A stretch of DNA of 64,000 nt from an uncultured Verrucomicrobiae bacterium (GCA_963789055.1 CAWBJE010000001.1:77215-141214); one strand, 5' to 3'. Positions 41,518 through 53,006 are shown, numbered from the stretch's first letter. The notes: generated by a model not told the origin, from the sequence alone. Translations and numbers: made by a program.

Positions 41518-41754
41518 TCAAATTTTTCCAAACCACGGAATTCGAGGCTTCCCGGACCAGCCAGGCGCGACCTGTGCCATCAGCCCGGCGGCCACGCCGC
41601 CGCTGGCGGCGGAATTGACCATCCCGGAGCGGCCCGGCAACCCTGGTACCAGGGCCGCGGCTTCGGCGCGCAGTTCCTGCACCGCGCGCGTTAGGTGGGC
41701 GTATGAGGCGTAGTCGTCGAGCGAAACGGTTTTGCGAAGCGGGACCAGTTCCAT
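41518..41754 (-). pseudogene. N-terminal remnant of a TreT-like GT4 glycosyltransferase
   Basis: MELVPLRKTVSLDDYASYAHLTRAVQELRAEAAALVPGLPGRSGMVNSAASGGVA parallels the trehalose-synthase N-terminus (...HVNSTSFGGGVAEIL, from memory). The rest of the gene is absent. Confidence 0.5.
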
Positions 41755-41890
41755 AAGGCGGCGCCAGTTTAACGCAATACATCCCGCTGGGTGAAGCCCA
41801 AATGCCGCGCCGGGCGCTCCGCCGAACTTCTGGGTCGGCCACGCCCCAAAGTCACGGCTCATTTATCTCCGGCTGCGCCATTCCAGCGGT

Positions 41891-42886
41891 TCACAATTTT
41901 CGCGCGAGAAAAATGATTCCGGCCAGAGCGGCCAGCAGCAGGGTCCACAAACCGATAGCGATTCGCGTGGCTTTTTTTGCACGTTCCTCTTCCCACCATT
42001 TTGCCGGGCGAATGCCGCGGACAACGAACGTCGCCACGCCAGCGAGGTTCACACAGATCAGGTTGACCAGAAACAAGGCCAGTGCGCCCCAGGCCGGGCC
42101 GGGATATCCTCCTCCCAGCAGCAGGCCAAACGTCACCAACGGCGGCAGCAGTGCCACTGCCACCATAACGCCAATCAACGTCGCCGACGCGCCCGTGGTA
42201 AAGGCCAGTGTGCCGGCGCAACCCGACGCCAGCGCCAGCATCGCATCACCGGGGGTCACTTGGGTGCGGGCCGCAACTTCCGGCAGCGCGGGATTCACAT
42301 GCACCAATATTCCCGTGAGCGCCGAAAGCGCCGCTGCCACCCCGATACCAGCCACCCCCGTCAGCACCGCGCGCCGCGCCAACGAAAGATCACCCAGGGC
42401 GGTCGCCAGGGCCAGGGCTACATTCGGTCCCAGCAACGGCGCGATTACCATCGCGCCAATGATGATGGCGACATTGTTATGGTGCAGCCCGATCGTCGCC
42501 ACGACCGAGGAGAGCACCACCATGGCCAGATACACACCGGAGCATCGCGCCGCGTTGCTGATGTCTTCGTACAATTCCTGCCGGCTGATGCGTTCCGGCG
42601 ACTCGGGCTGTTTGCCGGCGGGCGGTGGCGGTGGCGGCTCGGGCGCGGGCAGGGTTGCCTCGACGGGAAGGACCACTATGCGGAAACCCTTCCGGCTGCC
42701 ATAGCGTTGCTGCAACAAGTCCAGAACCGGCTCGCTTTGCCCGGCTTCCATTAACAAGCGAATGCTCACTTCGCCGCCAGCCACAGGCATCTCATGCGAC
42801 TCGATGATGGGCTTGTCGCGCAAAAGCGTTTTGATGTCGCCGACCGCGGTTTGCGGCAGGACCATTTCGATTAAACGCAGTGCCAT
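41891..42886 (-). CDS. DUF389/TIGR00341-family membrane protein
   Basis: 331 aa. A soluble N-terminal domain (MALRLIEMVLPQ...) is followed by six or more TM segments rich in Gly/Ala. Confidence 0.65.
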   Translation of the reverse strand: MALRLIEMVLPQTAVGDIKTLLRDKPIIESHEMPVAGGEVSIRLLMEAGQSEPVLDLLQQRYGSRKGFRIVVLPVEATLPAPEPPPPPPAGKQPESPERISRQELYEDISNAARCSGVYLAMVVLSSVVATIGLHHNNVAIIIGAMVIAPLLGPNVALALATALGDLSLARRAVLTGVAGIGVAAALSALTGILVHVNPALPEVAARTQVTPGDAMLALASGCAGTLAFTTGASATLIGVMVAVALLPPLVTFGLLLGGGYPGPAWGALALFLVNLICVNLAGVATFVVRGIRPAKWWEEERAKKATRIAIGLWTLLLAALAGIIFLARKL

Positions 42887-43145
42887 AAGGCAATCCTAAT
42901 GATCAGTCTCGAATCCGGTCAACCGTTGGTTTTCCTGGAGTTGCGGTCCCGGCTTCCAATTTTTCCACCCGGGGCAGGATCACGGTAAAGAAACTGCCCT
43001 GATGGTTACAACACAAAGAATTCCGGGCTGGCCAGCGAGGCCAGCGATCCAGGCATTATTTTCACAATTCGGACCGGGCGCGCAAACGGCTTCGGGCGTA
43101 AATGCGCGGCGGCGAACGTAGTGTTTTTTGCGGCCAGTTAAAGTT

Positions 43146-43682
43146 TTATATTCGCGGCAAGATGTTATTCAATGCGAGCCTGGCGATGTTGCGGGCGTCG
43201 TCCAGCGCGCGGTGAAGTTTTCCTTCGACCGGCAGTTGGCTCAAGGCGAGGGCACGCTTCATCCCGCACGGCGGAACGCCGGCCAGCCGGGCAAATTCCC
43301 GCTTCAGGTTGAGGTGATTGGAAAACTGCGCCGGGAACGGCAGCCTGTGCCGCGCGCAATCGGTTTTGAACTGGTTGAGATCGTACGTGCTCCAGGAACA
43401 AAGATGGTATGGCTCCGATCCGATCCAGCTCAGGAATTTCGGAAATACTTTGAAAAAATTGTCCGCTTCATTAATTTCCTGCTGCCGGATTCCGGTCAGG
43501 CCCATGCAAAAGGCGCTGAGGGTGGGTTCATGGAGCGGTCGAACGAAGGAGGCAAACTCCTTCTGGACCGGCCCCGTGTTGGAAGCGAGCAGCACGGCGC
43601 CAATTTCGATGATTTCCATGCGTTGCGAAACGATGCGCCCCATCCAGCAGGTCGCCTCCAGGTCCACAATCACGTAGCGCAT
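43146..43682 (-). CDS. DEDDh 3'-5' exonuclease (KapD/ERI-1-like)
   Basis: MRYVIVDLEATC ... EIIEIGAV ... SWSTYDLNQF ... HRALDDARNIARL. Track ORF is 43146-43775. Confidence 0.75.
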   Translation of the reverse strand: MRYVIVDLEATCWMGRIVSQRMEIIEIGAVLLASNTGPVQKEFASFVRPLHEPTLSAFCMGLTGIRQQEINEADNFFKVFPKFLSWIGSEPYHLCSWSTYDLNQFKTDCARHRLPFPAQFSNHLNLKREFARLAGVPPCGMKRALALSQLPVEGKLHRALDDARNIARLALNNILPRI

Positions 43683-43809
43683 GGCGCCAAGGTAGCCGGC
43701 GTTTTGGAATCCGCAATTCCCTGGTACTTTCGGGTTCCTTGGTTGACTATCGCCAGCCGCGATCGGGCCGCCCATTTCGGTTGGATTTTGCTCGTATCGC
43801 TTTCATGTT

Positions 43810-45075
43810 TCAGCTCATCAGCGTCACCCACGCCAGCAGGCCGGCAATGGCCGCCAGCGTCACCGGCACGCCCAGCCGGGCAAAATCGCGGAACGAAATA
43901 TTGATGCCCAGCTCGCGTGCCTGTTGCACGACGATGATATTGGAGACGCTGCCGATGATGATCAGGCTGCCGCCAAAACTGTTGGCCAGCGCCAGAATGT
44001 AGGCGGGGGCCGGATGGGAAAGGTCGATGACCTTCAGCAACAGCATCACCGCCGCCGAGTTGTTGATCAGGTTGGACAACACTGCCGTTGTCAGCGCCAG
44101 GCAGTGCGGCTGCGTTGAGGTTGAATCCGCTGTGCGCCAGCCATTGCACGGCCTGGTCGCCATAGCCGGTGGATTGAAACGCGCCGGTGACGACAAACAA
44201 GCCCATGAACAAGACGAGGATCGGCCAGTCCACCAGTTTCAGCAAATCGTCGGTGCGAAACTTGGTGCTGGCCAGGTGAATGCCGGCGGCGGCCAGCGCG
44301 ATGACTTCCTTGGGCAGCGGCGATGAAAAACAAACCGATGACCACGGCGAGAATGACCAGTCCTTTGATCGTGTGCGGCCGGTTGAACGGATAGGTTTGT
44401 TGGTTTGACTCCGATTTGCGCGGGCATGACGGATTCGAGTTTTTTCCGCGACAGCAGCCAGATGATGCCGTAGGCGGCGGCCATGGCGAAAATGACCGGA
44501 GCAGCGCACCACAGCAGGTAATGGCCAAAGTTCAAGTGCGCGACCTGGCCGATCATCATGTCCTGCGGATTGCCGATGAGCGTCGCCGCCGCGCCGATGT
44601 TGCTCGCAATGGCCAGCGCGATCAGAAACGGAATGGGATTGAGCCGTTTGCGCAGCAGCGCGGTGCCGACAATGGGCGCAAAAACGTAGCAGACGATGTC
44701 GTGGTTCAGAAACGCGGAGAGGCCGCCGGTGACCAGCATCAGGACGAGCAGAAACCGCGCGGGATTTCCCAGCCGCGCCGAAATGCCGCCGGCCACCCGG
44801 TCGTAGAATCCGGACAGGCGCAGTTGCGCCGAGAGACAAAGAATCCAAACAGCAGAAAAATCGTCGGCCAGTTGATGTAGGAAATGACCTCGCCGGTGCC
44901 GACGTCGCCGAAAATCATCATGGCGATGGCGCCGAGCAGGGCGATGCCCACGCGATTGAGTTTCAAGCCCGGCACGTGCCCCATGGCAATGCCCAGGTAA
45001 GTGATGGCGAAGATGGCCAGGATGACCGGCTTTTCGTGGAAACCCGGCGGGGACGGTGGCAAGCAGGCCGGTCAT
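43810..45075 (-). pseudogene. ArsB/NhaD-superfamily (citrate-transporter-like) anion permease; at least 3 frame breaks
   Basis: Pieces 44739-45062, 44239-45075 and 43810-44196: VILAIFAITYLGIAMG, LNHDIVCYVFAPIV ... ASNIGAAATLIGNPQ, LSNLINNSAAVMLLL ... GGSLIIIGSVSNIIV. Confidence 0.7.
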
Positions 45076-45085
45076 GGCGGATGTT

Positions 45086-45961
45086 TTATTTGGCGAGCGA
45101 TTTGCGGATGGCCTGCAATTCCTTGCGGCGCGCCTTGCTGGTTTTGGGATAACTCATCTTCAACGATTTCAAGCGTGTCGAGGATGATCTGCGAAATGAT
45201 GAGCCGGGCGTTTTCCTTGTCGTCGGCGGGAACCACAAACCACGGCGCGTGCCCGGTGCTGGTCGCGCTTAGACAGTCTTCATAAGCCTGCATGTAATCC
45301 TTCCAGAACTTCCGCTCCGCGATGTCGGCCTGGCTGAACTTCCAGTTTTTCTCCGGGTCGTCAATGCGCTCCAGAAACCGCCGGCGCTGTTCCTCCTTGG
45401 ACAGATGCAGGAAAAATTTCACGACGCGCGTGCCGTTGCGATACAGATGTTTTTCCAGGTCGCTGAATGGAGCGATACCGGTTTTCCCAGAATTTTTTGT
45501 CCGTCGAGCAATTCCTCCGGCAATTCCTGCGCGCGCAAGAATTTCCGGATGCACGCGCACGATGAGCACTTCCTCGTAATAGGAACGGTTGAAAATGCCG
45601 ATGCGTCCGCGTTCCGGCAGGCAGCGCGTCGTGCGCCAGAGAAAATCGTGTTCCAGGTCCTCGCGCGCTCGGATGTTTGAAGCTGAAAACCTCGCAGCCC
45701 TGCGGATTGACGCCGGACATGACGTGCTTGATGGCGCCGTCCTTGCCGGCGGCGTCCATCGCCTGAAAAATCAGCAGCAGCGAACGGTGGTTGTGGGCGT
45801 AGAGCAGACTTTGCTGCGCGCTCAATTCCCGGATGTGCGTTCCAAGGATGTGCTGGTAATGCTTCCTTCGATTGGTAAAACGGTCTTGTCCTGGTCGGCC
45901 ATTTTTTGAGTTTGACCGGTCTGCCTTCGCGAACACGGAATTGTTTTATATCAATTTTCAT
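45086..45961 (-). pseudogene. ppk2: Polyphosphate kinase 2; at least 3 frame breaks
   Basis: [29 protein letters not shown] (P-loop region), [54 protein letters not shown]. The C-terminus [25 protein letters not shown] was found in a third frame. The ATG overlaps the upstream stop as ATGA. Confidence 0.8.
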
Positions 45962-46740
45962 GAGATGATTTTGTCCGGACCGGCGGAGAATGGCTGGTTC
46001 CCGCCCGCGAAACTTCTTGTCGCTCCGTCGGCGATCATTTGTGCCGCATCCGGGCACGGAATGCGGTCGGTATTGATGACCAGATGATAGAGCAGGTCGT
46101 CGTCAACGCTCTCGTGGAAGTGAGATTTCAGGTAGCGCCCCCGGGCGCGGTCCTCCTGCTTGACGAGTTTGGCGGCTGCCGCCGGTGTCAGTTGGTTCAG
46201 TTTCTGCACCCGAGCGATCCGCTTCGGCAGCGAGGCCATCAGCCGGACGTGAAACACGTTGGGCATGCGCGCGGTGATGAAGTTGGCGCCTCGTCCCACC
46301 AGGATCACGTGCCCGGCGTCGGCCAGATGCAGGACGGTTTCGGCGATTTGCGGCACCACCACCCACGACGGCGGGCGCACCCCCAACAACTCCTCAATTA
46401 TATCTTGAATGACGGAGCGGCGGTCTTCCGGCATGAATTTGGCCAGCGCTTTCGGCAAATCATGTTCCTCAAGCACTTTTTCCACCAGACGGCGGTCAAA
46501 GACCGTCCATGAGACAGACCTTTTTGGTTCCGCGGCCTGTAAAAGTATGGCCAACCGTCCGGCAATTTCGTGGGCGCCCGACCCGGCCTGATGGGAAATC
46601 GTGATGGCGGGCCCTGGCGGCGGCAGGCCATGAACGATAGAGGACTTTTTCCTGGCCTGAAGTTTTCTGAGAATATAGGAATGACACTGTTCCAGTTGGG
46701 TTTCATGGGCGAAACTTTCGGTCGCATGTTCGGGTTGCAT
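45958..46740 (-). CDS. Cytidylate-kinase-like family protein
   Basis: ITISHQAGSGAHEIAGRLA ... ILVGRGANFITA ... VRLMASLPKRIARV ... YHLVINTD. Confidence 0.6.
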   Translation of the reverse strand: MQPEHATESFAHETQLEQCHSYILRKLQARKKSSIVHGLPPPGPAITISHQAGSGAHEIAGRLAILLQAAEPKRSVSWTVFDRRLVEKVLEEHDLPKALAKFMPEDRRSVIQDIIEELLGVRPPSWVVVPQIAETVLHLADAGHVILVGRGANFITARMPNVFHVRLMASLPKRIARVQKLNQLTPAAAAKLVKQEDRARGRYLKSHFHESVDDDLLYHLVINTDRIPCPDAAQMIADGATRSFAGGNQPFSAGPDKIIS

Positions 46741-46750
46741 AATCGTTTTC

Positions 46751-49225
46751 TTATTTCCGGGTTGACAGCACCGGCTGCGCGGGGTCCAGGATTCGATACG
46801 TGCCCAGCTTCACGCGGTCGTTGACGAAGAACCAGGCCAGCGCGTAACCCCAGATCACCAGCGCCCAATCCCAGCCAATCGGAGCCATGAACCAGCCGTA
46901 AACAGCGGCCAATGTGGCGATCACTTGCGTGCCAATCGCCGCCCAGAACAGCGACGGCCGCCGGGCGGATGGACCAGAACGGCCCGCGGGTGCGGGTGAC
47001 GAAAATCGTCAGGTGCCCGGCCACGGAGAGTTTCAGGTACATCAACGTTTGAATGACTTCGCGGCTCAAGCTCGAACGCCCGCTCGCCCAGGTAAAACAG
47101 ACCGAACGAGGCAAAAACGCCGGCGATGCCCAGCACCGTGGCGATGCCCAGCACCATCCGCATGTTCCAGGCCTCCGGGCTGGTTGGAGTACCGCACGCG
47201 GTCATAGGCAATGGAGAGGATTGCGCCGTCGTTCAGCAGCGCCAGCAGGACAATCATCACCGCCGTCACCGGATAGAAGTTGAAGACCAGAATCGAAAGC
47301 GTCATGAACAGCAGCACGCGGATGGTTTCGGCGATGCGGTAGATCGCGTAGCTGTTCATCCGCTGGAAAATCTTGCGGCTTTCCTGGATGGCGTCGATGA
47401 TGACCGACAGGCCGGGACTCAGCAGCACGATGTCCGCGGCCGCGCGAGCGGCGTCGGTCGCGCCGGAAACCGCGATGCCGGCATCCGCCTTCTTCAAGGC
47501 CGGCGCATCGTTCACGCCGTCGCCGGTCATGCCGACGACGTGGCCCCGCTTCTGCAGCACCTCGACGATATGATACTTGTGCTCGGGGAAGACCTGCGCG
47601 AAGCCATCCGCCGTTTCGATGGCGTCATCCAAGTTGGCCGCCTTGGTGCATGGTTCGTCTCAGCGAACAGGCTGGCGTCGAGAATGTTCGTTCCCAGCCC
47701 GACCTGCTTGGCGATTTCCTTGCCGATGGCGACCTGATCGCCCGTGACCATCTTCACGCGGACGCCCATTTCCTTGGCGGTATCGATGGTGGCCTTCGAG
47801 TCTTCTCGCGGCGGGTCGGAAAGCGGGAGCACGCCGAGGAATTGCCAGCGGTCCTGCTCGTCGGTGCGCGCGACGCCCAGCGAGCGAAAGCCGCGCGCGG
47901 CAAACTCGTTGACCGCTTTTTCGACCTCGGCCCGAACCTGGTCGGCGTTGGCCGCCAGCGCCAGGATGACCTGGGGCGCGCCCTTGGTGACCTTGAACTG
48001 CCTGCCATCCGGCAGCTTTGACCTTGGCTTCGGTGCGCTTGTGAACGGGATCGAACGGCTGGAAGTGGAGCACCTCGCAGGCCTTCGAGAGCTCCTTGTT
48101 CTTCAGCCCGCCGAGCACCGCCTGATCAATGGGATCCGCAGCTTCGGCCCGCGAGGCGAGCGCGGCGGCGAGGATCACCTCATCCGGCTTGACGCCATCC
48201 GACGCAGAACGGTTCGCCAAGCGTCAAGTTTGTTTTGCGTCAGCGTGCCGGTCTTATCCGAGCAGAGCACGTCCATGCCCGCCAATTCTTCGATCGCGGC
48301 CAAGCGGCTGACGATGGCCTGTTTCCGGGCCAGGATGCGCGCGCCCACCGCCATGGTGACCGACAGCACCGTGGGCATCGCGACCGGCATGGCCGCCACG
48401 GTCAGACACCAGCGCGAACTGGAGCGTGGTGTCCAACTTGGTCGCCGCGGAACAGCGCCACGGCGATGATCAGGACCACCAACGCCACGGCGATGACGAT
48501 GAGGAAATCGCCGATCTTCAGGACCGCCTTCTGGAAATGGCTGACCGTATGGGCCGATTCGACCAGTTGCGCGGTCTTGCCGAAGTAGGTGTTCTTGCCC
48601 GTGGCAGAAACCAGCGCGTCGATCTCGCCTTGCCTCAGGATGGAACCGGAATAAACGATGTCGTCTGGATTTCTTGTCGACCGGCAGCGATTCTCCGGTC
48701 AGCGCGGATTGGTCCACTTCGACCGGGTCGCCGTCCAGCAATTTCGCGTCCGCCGGCACGATGTCGCCGAGGCGGAGCCGGACCAGGTCGCCCGGCACCA
48801 GTTCGCGGGCCGGGATTTCGCCCCAGGCGCCGATCCCGTTTGACGCGCGCTTTGAGGGCCAGGTTGGCCTTGAGTGCGGCGATGGCGTTGCCCGCCTGAA
48901 ATTCCTCCCAAAAGCCCACGACGGCGTTGGCCAGCAGCAGGACAAGGATGATGATGAAGTCGGCCCAATGCTGGACCAGCGCGGAAAGAATGGCCGCCGC
49001 TTCGATCATCCACGGAATCGGCCCCCAGAAGTGCGAACAGAATTCAAGGAAGGGATTGCGCTTCTTCTCCGGCAGTTCGTTGTAGCCATATTGCGCCACG
49101 CGGCGCCTGGCCTCGTTCTGGCTCAGACCGTCAGGGGAAGTTTTCAATTGCGCCTGCAATTCGGCCAGGCTGGGTTCGGTCGTCTTGCCCGCGGCCCTGG
49201 CCGTGGCAGGCGTTGAATCGTTCAT
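46751..49225 (-). pseudogene. Type IIIA (plasma-membrane H+-pump-like) P-type ATPase; at least 7 frame breaks
   Basis: [50 protein letters not shown]; [13 protein letters not shown]; MVTGDQVAIGKEIA; [21 protein letters not shown]. The C-terminal ...WALVIWGYALAWFFVNDRVKL was read by hand down to the stop at 46751. Confidence 0.85.
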
Positions 49226-49251
49226 GTCATTCCTTTCCATTCGCGCCGCCG

Positions 49252-50497
49252 CTACATATAGGGGCAATGAATGCTGATGGCTTCATACAATGAATGCGGC
49301 ACCGGCACGATGATGAGCAGCAGCAACAAGAGCGTGAAATAGCCCAGCATCCGCCGCGGAAAGCCGACCGGCGTCACGTCATTGGCGGCGGGCGCGTCGC
49401 GCGTGCCGGCGATGAAGAAGACGATGAACGCCCAGAACATCAGCCCCGGCCACACAAACAGCGCCAGCAACAACAGGCAGGCCAACGCCACCATGCTGAG
49501 GCCATGCGCGTTGCGCGAGCCGAACAGCGCGTGCGAAATATGGCCGCCATCGAGCTGCCCAATGGGCAACAGGTTCAGCGCCGTGACGATCAATCCCAGC
49601 CAGCCGGCAAAGGCCAGCGGATGCAGCAACAGCCGATTGCCTTCGAGCACCGAGGCCCCCAACGACATCTTCGCCAGGCACGCCAGCAGTACCGAGGAAC
49701 CGATATTGACCCCGGGGTGGCCCAGAGCCATCGACGAGTCGCCCGGAATGACCTCCGAAAATCGCAGCCCGATCAGCAAAGCGGGAATGGCAAACACCAG
49801 TCCGGCCAGCGGTCCCGCCACCGCCACGTCAAACAGCGCGCGGCGATCGGGCGTGAGCGACTTGATTTTGATGAAGGCGCCAAAGGTTCCCAGCGCAAAT
49901 GGCACCGGGATGAAATACGGCGGGGTCACCCGGATGCCGTGCGCCTTGGCGGTGAAATAATGTCCCAACTCGTGCGCGCCGAGGATGAGCAGAAGACCCA
50001 GACTGTAGGGCAGACCGACGGCGAAACGCGCCGGCTGCTGGAGCAGATTCACTCCCGCGTGGAGCGCGCCGGCCCAGGTGGTGGTCGCGACCGTGGCGAG
50101 CGAACAACAGCCAGTGCAATCCCCAGTTCGGCCGCTCGGCGGCCGGCTCGACCATCTTTCCCGGCAGAATCAACACGCGCACGTCATCCGCTTCGCCTTC
50201 CAGCAGCAATGGCGTGACGGGTTCGCCAGCAAAGGCCTCGCGGATTTTTCGGAACATTTCTTCCGCCTTGCCCCGCAGCCTGCCTTCAAACTGAAACATA
50301 TCGCCGACGACCTTGCGGCCCGTGATCATCAGCAGGGGCGCCAATCGCGACTCGATTGCCGCCAGCTTTTCCGCCGGGATTATGGGCGGCACCTCCCGGC
50401 CGGCCGCCAGCCGCACCGCGGCGCTTCGCGCACCCAGGGTGTAAGCCAGATAAAATACCGCCAGCAGAATCAGCCAGAAAAGCAGTCCGTTGATCAT
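49252..50497 (-). pseudogene. Site-2 (M50) metalloprotease; 1 frame break near 50.08 kb
   Basis: HELGHYFTAKAHGIRVTPPYFIP ... NLLPIGQLDGGH in 49252-50052. The N-terminal part is in 49829-50497. Confidence 0.75.
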
Positions 50498-50919
50498 GAT
50501 GCCTCCGATTTCCCTGAAGTGCCCGGTCCGCCGGAACCCGGGCTTTCGGCTCCTTCGGCGCCGGCCTTGAGCCAGGCGCGGGCATTTTCCGTTTCGGCCT
50601 GGTCAAAATAACGGACCTCCGCCCGGGTGAACGGTTTGCAGAACCCGGCCATCCACTGGTGCCATTTCTTTTCACCCACCACCGCCAGACGCTCGATGTC
50701 GCTGAAGTGGCGCGTGGCAAACTTGGTGTCCTCCCACATCGCGCCCGCCGTCCAGCCGTGGAAATCGCGCATCCCGACCAGCATGCGGATTTTGCCGTGC
50801 TGTTTGACCAGCCGCTCCACCACGGGAACGAACTGTTCGTATTCCGCCTTGACGAGTTTCCCCGTGAGCTGGATTTCCAGCTCCCGGCCATCTTGGATTT
50901 CATTGAGTTCAATCGGCAT
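50494..50919 (-). CDS. SpoIIAA/STAS-like (DUF3478-type) protein
   Basis: 141 aa. LEIQLTGKLVKAEYEQFVPVVERLVKQHGKIRMLVGMRDFHGWTAGAMWEDTKF ... IERLAVVG. Confidence 0.5.
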   Translation of the reverse strand: MPIELNEIQDGRELEIQLTGKLVKAEYEQFVPVVERLVKQHGKIRMLVGMRDFHGWTAGAMWEDTKFATRHFSDIERLAVVGEKKWHQWMAGFCKPFTRAEVRYFDQAETENARAWLKAGAEGAESPGSGGPGTSGKSEAS

Positions 50920-50946
50920 ATGGGTTTTGGGTTGGGTTGATTTGAA

Positions 50947-52095
50947 TCAATTTGAATTCAGGTGTTGCCAGGCTTCGTCCAGATCGCGATGGCAGCGGGA
51001 CAACCAGGCTTCGCCCCAGAAAAAATTACAACTGGTTTCCGCCCGCAACAAGCGCCAGTGCGCCTCCTCCAACGGCGTCCCGGCGTCCCGGGCGCGCTGA
51101 CGCAAGCGGTGAAGCGCCTGGCTGGTCGCGGCAACCCGCCCGAGCGCGTCCTTTTGGGCCGGCGATCCGGTCCACTGCATAAAGCCCCGGCCATGATGCC
51201 AGCCGGTGTTCCAGGCGCCGGCGCGCACCTCCACCCGGCCGTGCGCGCCGTGGCGGGCCAGGTAATCCTCGATGAACACCGGGCGGACTTCGGTCTCGCC
51301 GCTCCGCACCCGTTCCAGCAGCGGCTGGTAGAACACGCCCCAGAAATTGCCCTTGGCGGATACATTGCGGAACCAGCCGCCGTTGTCGCCGTCGCTGACG
51401 GTGGTCACCAGCGGCGGAAAATCGCAGCCTTTGGTCCGCTCATGCACCTCCTGCATGAACCAGCCACAGTCCATGCCGGCTTCCTGCGCGTTGGACAACT
51501 CGCGGTCGCGCACGATCACCACGATTTCTTCGCCGCCATAACTGGCGATGTGAGGGCGGTAGCGAATCTCCTCCCAGCGCATCGGTTCCAGCGGCTGCAC
51601 ATGTTCGCTGTCCACGAGCACATAGCGGTAGCCCAGCCGCCGGAGCAGTGGAATCAGCTCCATGCAAAAACCCATTTCCGGCGGCCAGAAGCCGGAAAAT
51701 TGTTCGCGCCAGAAGAGGTGCCGGCCGATTCCCCGCCACCGCGCCAGTTGCTCCTCCCAATCGGCCGCCGGGATGAGCGGCAGCACCGGATGATAATAAG
51801 CCGTGCCGAGGATCTGGAAAATATTCCGGTTCTGCAGGTGCCAGAGCAGGTCGCCGCATTTGACGATGCCATAAACCCGCTGCTGGAATTCCGGGTTGGC
51901 GAGGATTTCCAGCAGCGTGCCGGACAGGGAAAGATGGACGCGCGCCACGTCTTCAAACGGCCAGAGCGCGCGCGGCATACGGTCAAGGGCATAAAGAATT
52001 TCCCGCGCCTCCCACTCGTGATCCCGCAGCAGGGCGTCGAGATTGCCCGCCGGCTGGTGTAGATTCAAAACGAGGGCATGAAAGATTTCGCTCAT
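50947..52095 (-). CDS. Glycoside hydrolase family 57 protein
   Basis: 382 aa, intact. ALVLNLHQPAGN ... LSLSGTLLEIL ... GTAYYHPVLPLIP ... FWPPEMGF. Confidence 0.75.
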   Translation of the reverse strand: MSEIFHALVLNLHQPAGNLDALLRDHEWEAREILYALDRMPRALWPFEDVARVHLSLSGTLLEILANPEFQQRVYGIVKCGDLLWHLQNRNIFQILGTAYYHPVLPLIPAADWEEQLARWRGIGRHLFWREQFSGFWPPEMGFCMELIPLLRRLGYRYVLVDSEHVQPLEPMRWEEIRYRPHIASYGGEEIVVIVRDRELSNAQEAGMDCGWFMQEVHERTKGCDFPPLVTTVSDGDNGGWFRNVSAKGNFWGVFYQPLLERVRSGETEVRPVFIEDYLARHGAHGRVEVRAGAWNTGWHHGRGFMQWTGSPAQKDALGRVAATSQALHRLRQRARDAGTPLEEAHWRLLRAETSCNFFWGEAWLSRCHRDLDEAWQHLNSN

Positions 52096-53006
52096 AACAA
52101 GGGAGGCAAGGCGGCGCCCGGACCGGCCGCCACCATGGGCAGCTGGCGCGGTGTCTGGTGCGAACCCGGCGTGGCGGGCGCCGCCGGGAGCGATTCATTC
52201 CACATCTGCAACAACGCGTCGCGCGCCTGATTCAGGAGTGACGGCGGCTGCGGCCATTGTTCGAGAATCATCGAGCCGGAAAAGCGGCGCTGTTTCAGCC
52301 GCTGGATCACCCCGCGCACACCCGCATCGTCGCGCGCCGCCGGGCCGGTGAACAGCGGCAGGTGGCTGTCGGCGTCGCCCCAATTTTCATGGAGGTGCAG
52401 ATGAATGATCGGGACGTGCGGCGAGAGCCGGTCGAAATAGCCGAGATAATCATTGCGGGTGGCGGGGCAGAGATTGGCGTGGCCGAGGTCGAAGCACATG
52501 CCCACGCCGCCGGTTCGGGTCAAATCCAGGTCCCGCAGGTGCGCAAACAGTTCGTTGAATTGTTCCGGCGGATAGAGCGGGGTGTTTTCAATGGCCAGTT
52601 GCAACCCGGTGCCGGCCAGGAGCTGGATCAGCCAGGTGATGGATTCGACGTACGCTTTCAGGCCGTTCTCGGCCTGCAGATGAATATTCAGCAGCGCCGC
52701 GCCCAGGTCGCGGACCAGTTCGACATCCTTAAGCAACCCGGGCCGCCATCCCGGCTCCAGCGGATTGGCTTCCAAGCGCGCATGCACCGAAAGCCGCACG
52801 CCTTGCGCTTCCGCGGTCTTCCGAATGATGCGGCGTTGCACCCGGCTCAAATCGTCCTCCGCCCAACCGGCGCCCGACGGCTTCTTGTCGGGGAACCATT
52901 CGAAGGCGTCGAAGCCGGCCGCCAGCGCGTACTCGAACGGCTGCATCAGCGCGCCGGCCGCGCAGGCAGTCTGGTTGCCAATGCAAATGGAGCGCGATTT
53001 ACGCAT
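52092..53006 (-). CDS. Xylose-isomerase-like TIM-barrel protein (sugar-phosphate isomerase/epimerase family)
   Basis: FDAFEWFPDKK ... LSVHARLEANP ... LAIENTP ... CFDLGHANL ... IHLHLHENWG. Track ORF is 52092-53264; start chosen at ATG 53006. ATGA overlap with the GH57 start. Confidence 0.65.
   Translation of the reverse strand: MRKSRSICIGNQTACAAGALMQPFEYALAAGFDAFEWFPDKKPSGAGWAEDDLSRVQRRIIRKTAEAQGVRLSVHARLEANPLEPGWRPGLLKDVELVRDLGAALLNIHLQAENGLKAYVESITWLIQLLAGTGLQLAIENTPLYPPEQFNELFAHLRDLDLTRTGGVGMCFDLGHANLCPATRNDYLGYFDRLSPHVPIIHLHLHENWGDADSHLPLFTGPAARDDAGVRGVIQRLKQRRFSGSMILEQWPQPPSLLNQARDALLQMWNESLPAAPATPGSHQTPRQLPMVAAGPGAALPPLL

Noticed and set aside
41518-41862. The full 114-aa track ORF as an intact small protein.
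   Set aside because: Only residues from MELVPLRK onward resemble anything (a TreT N-terminus). The similarity stops abruptly at the GGVA motif, so I call it a truncated remnant.
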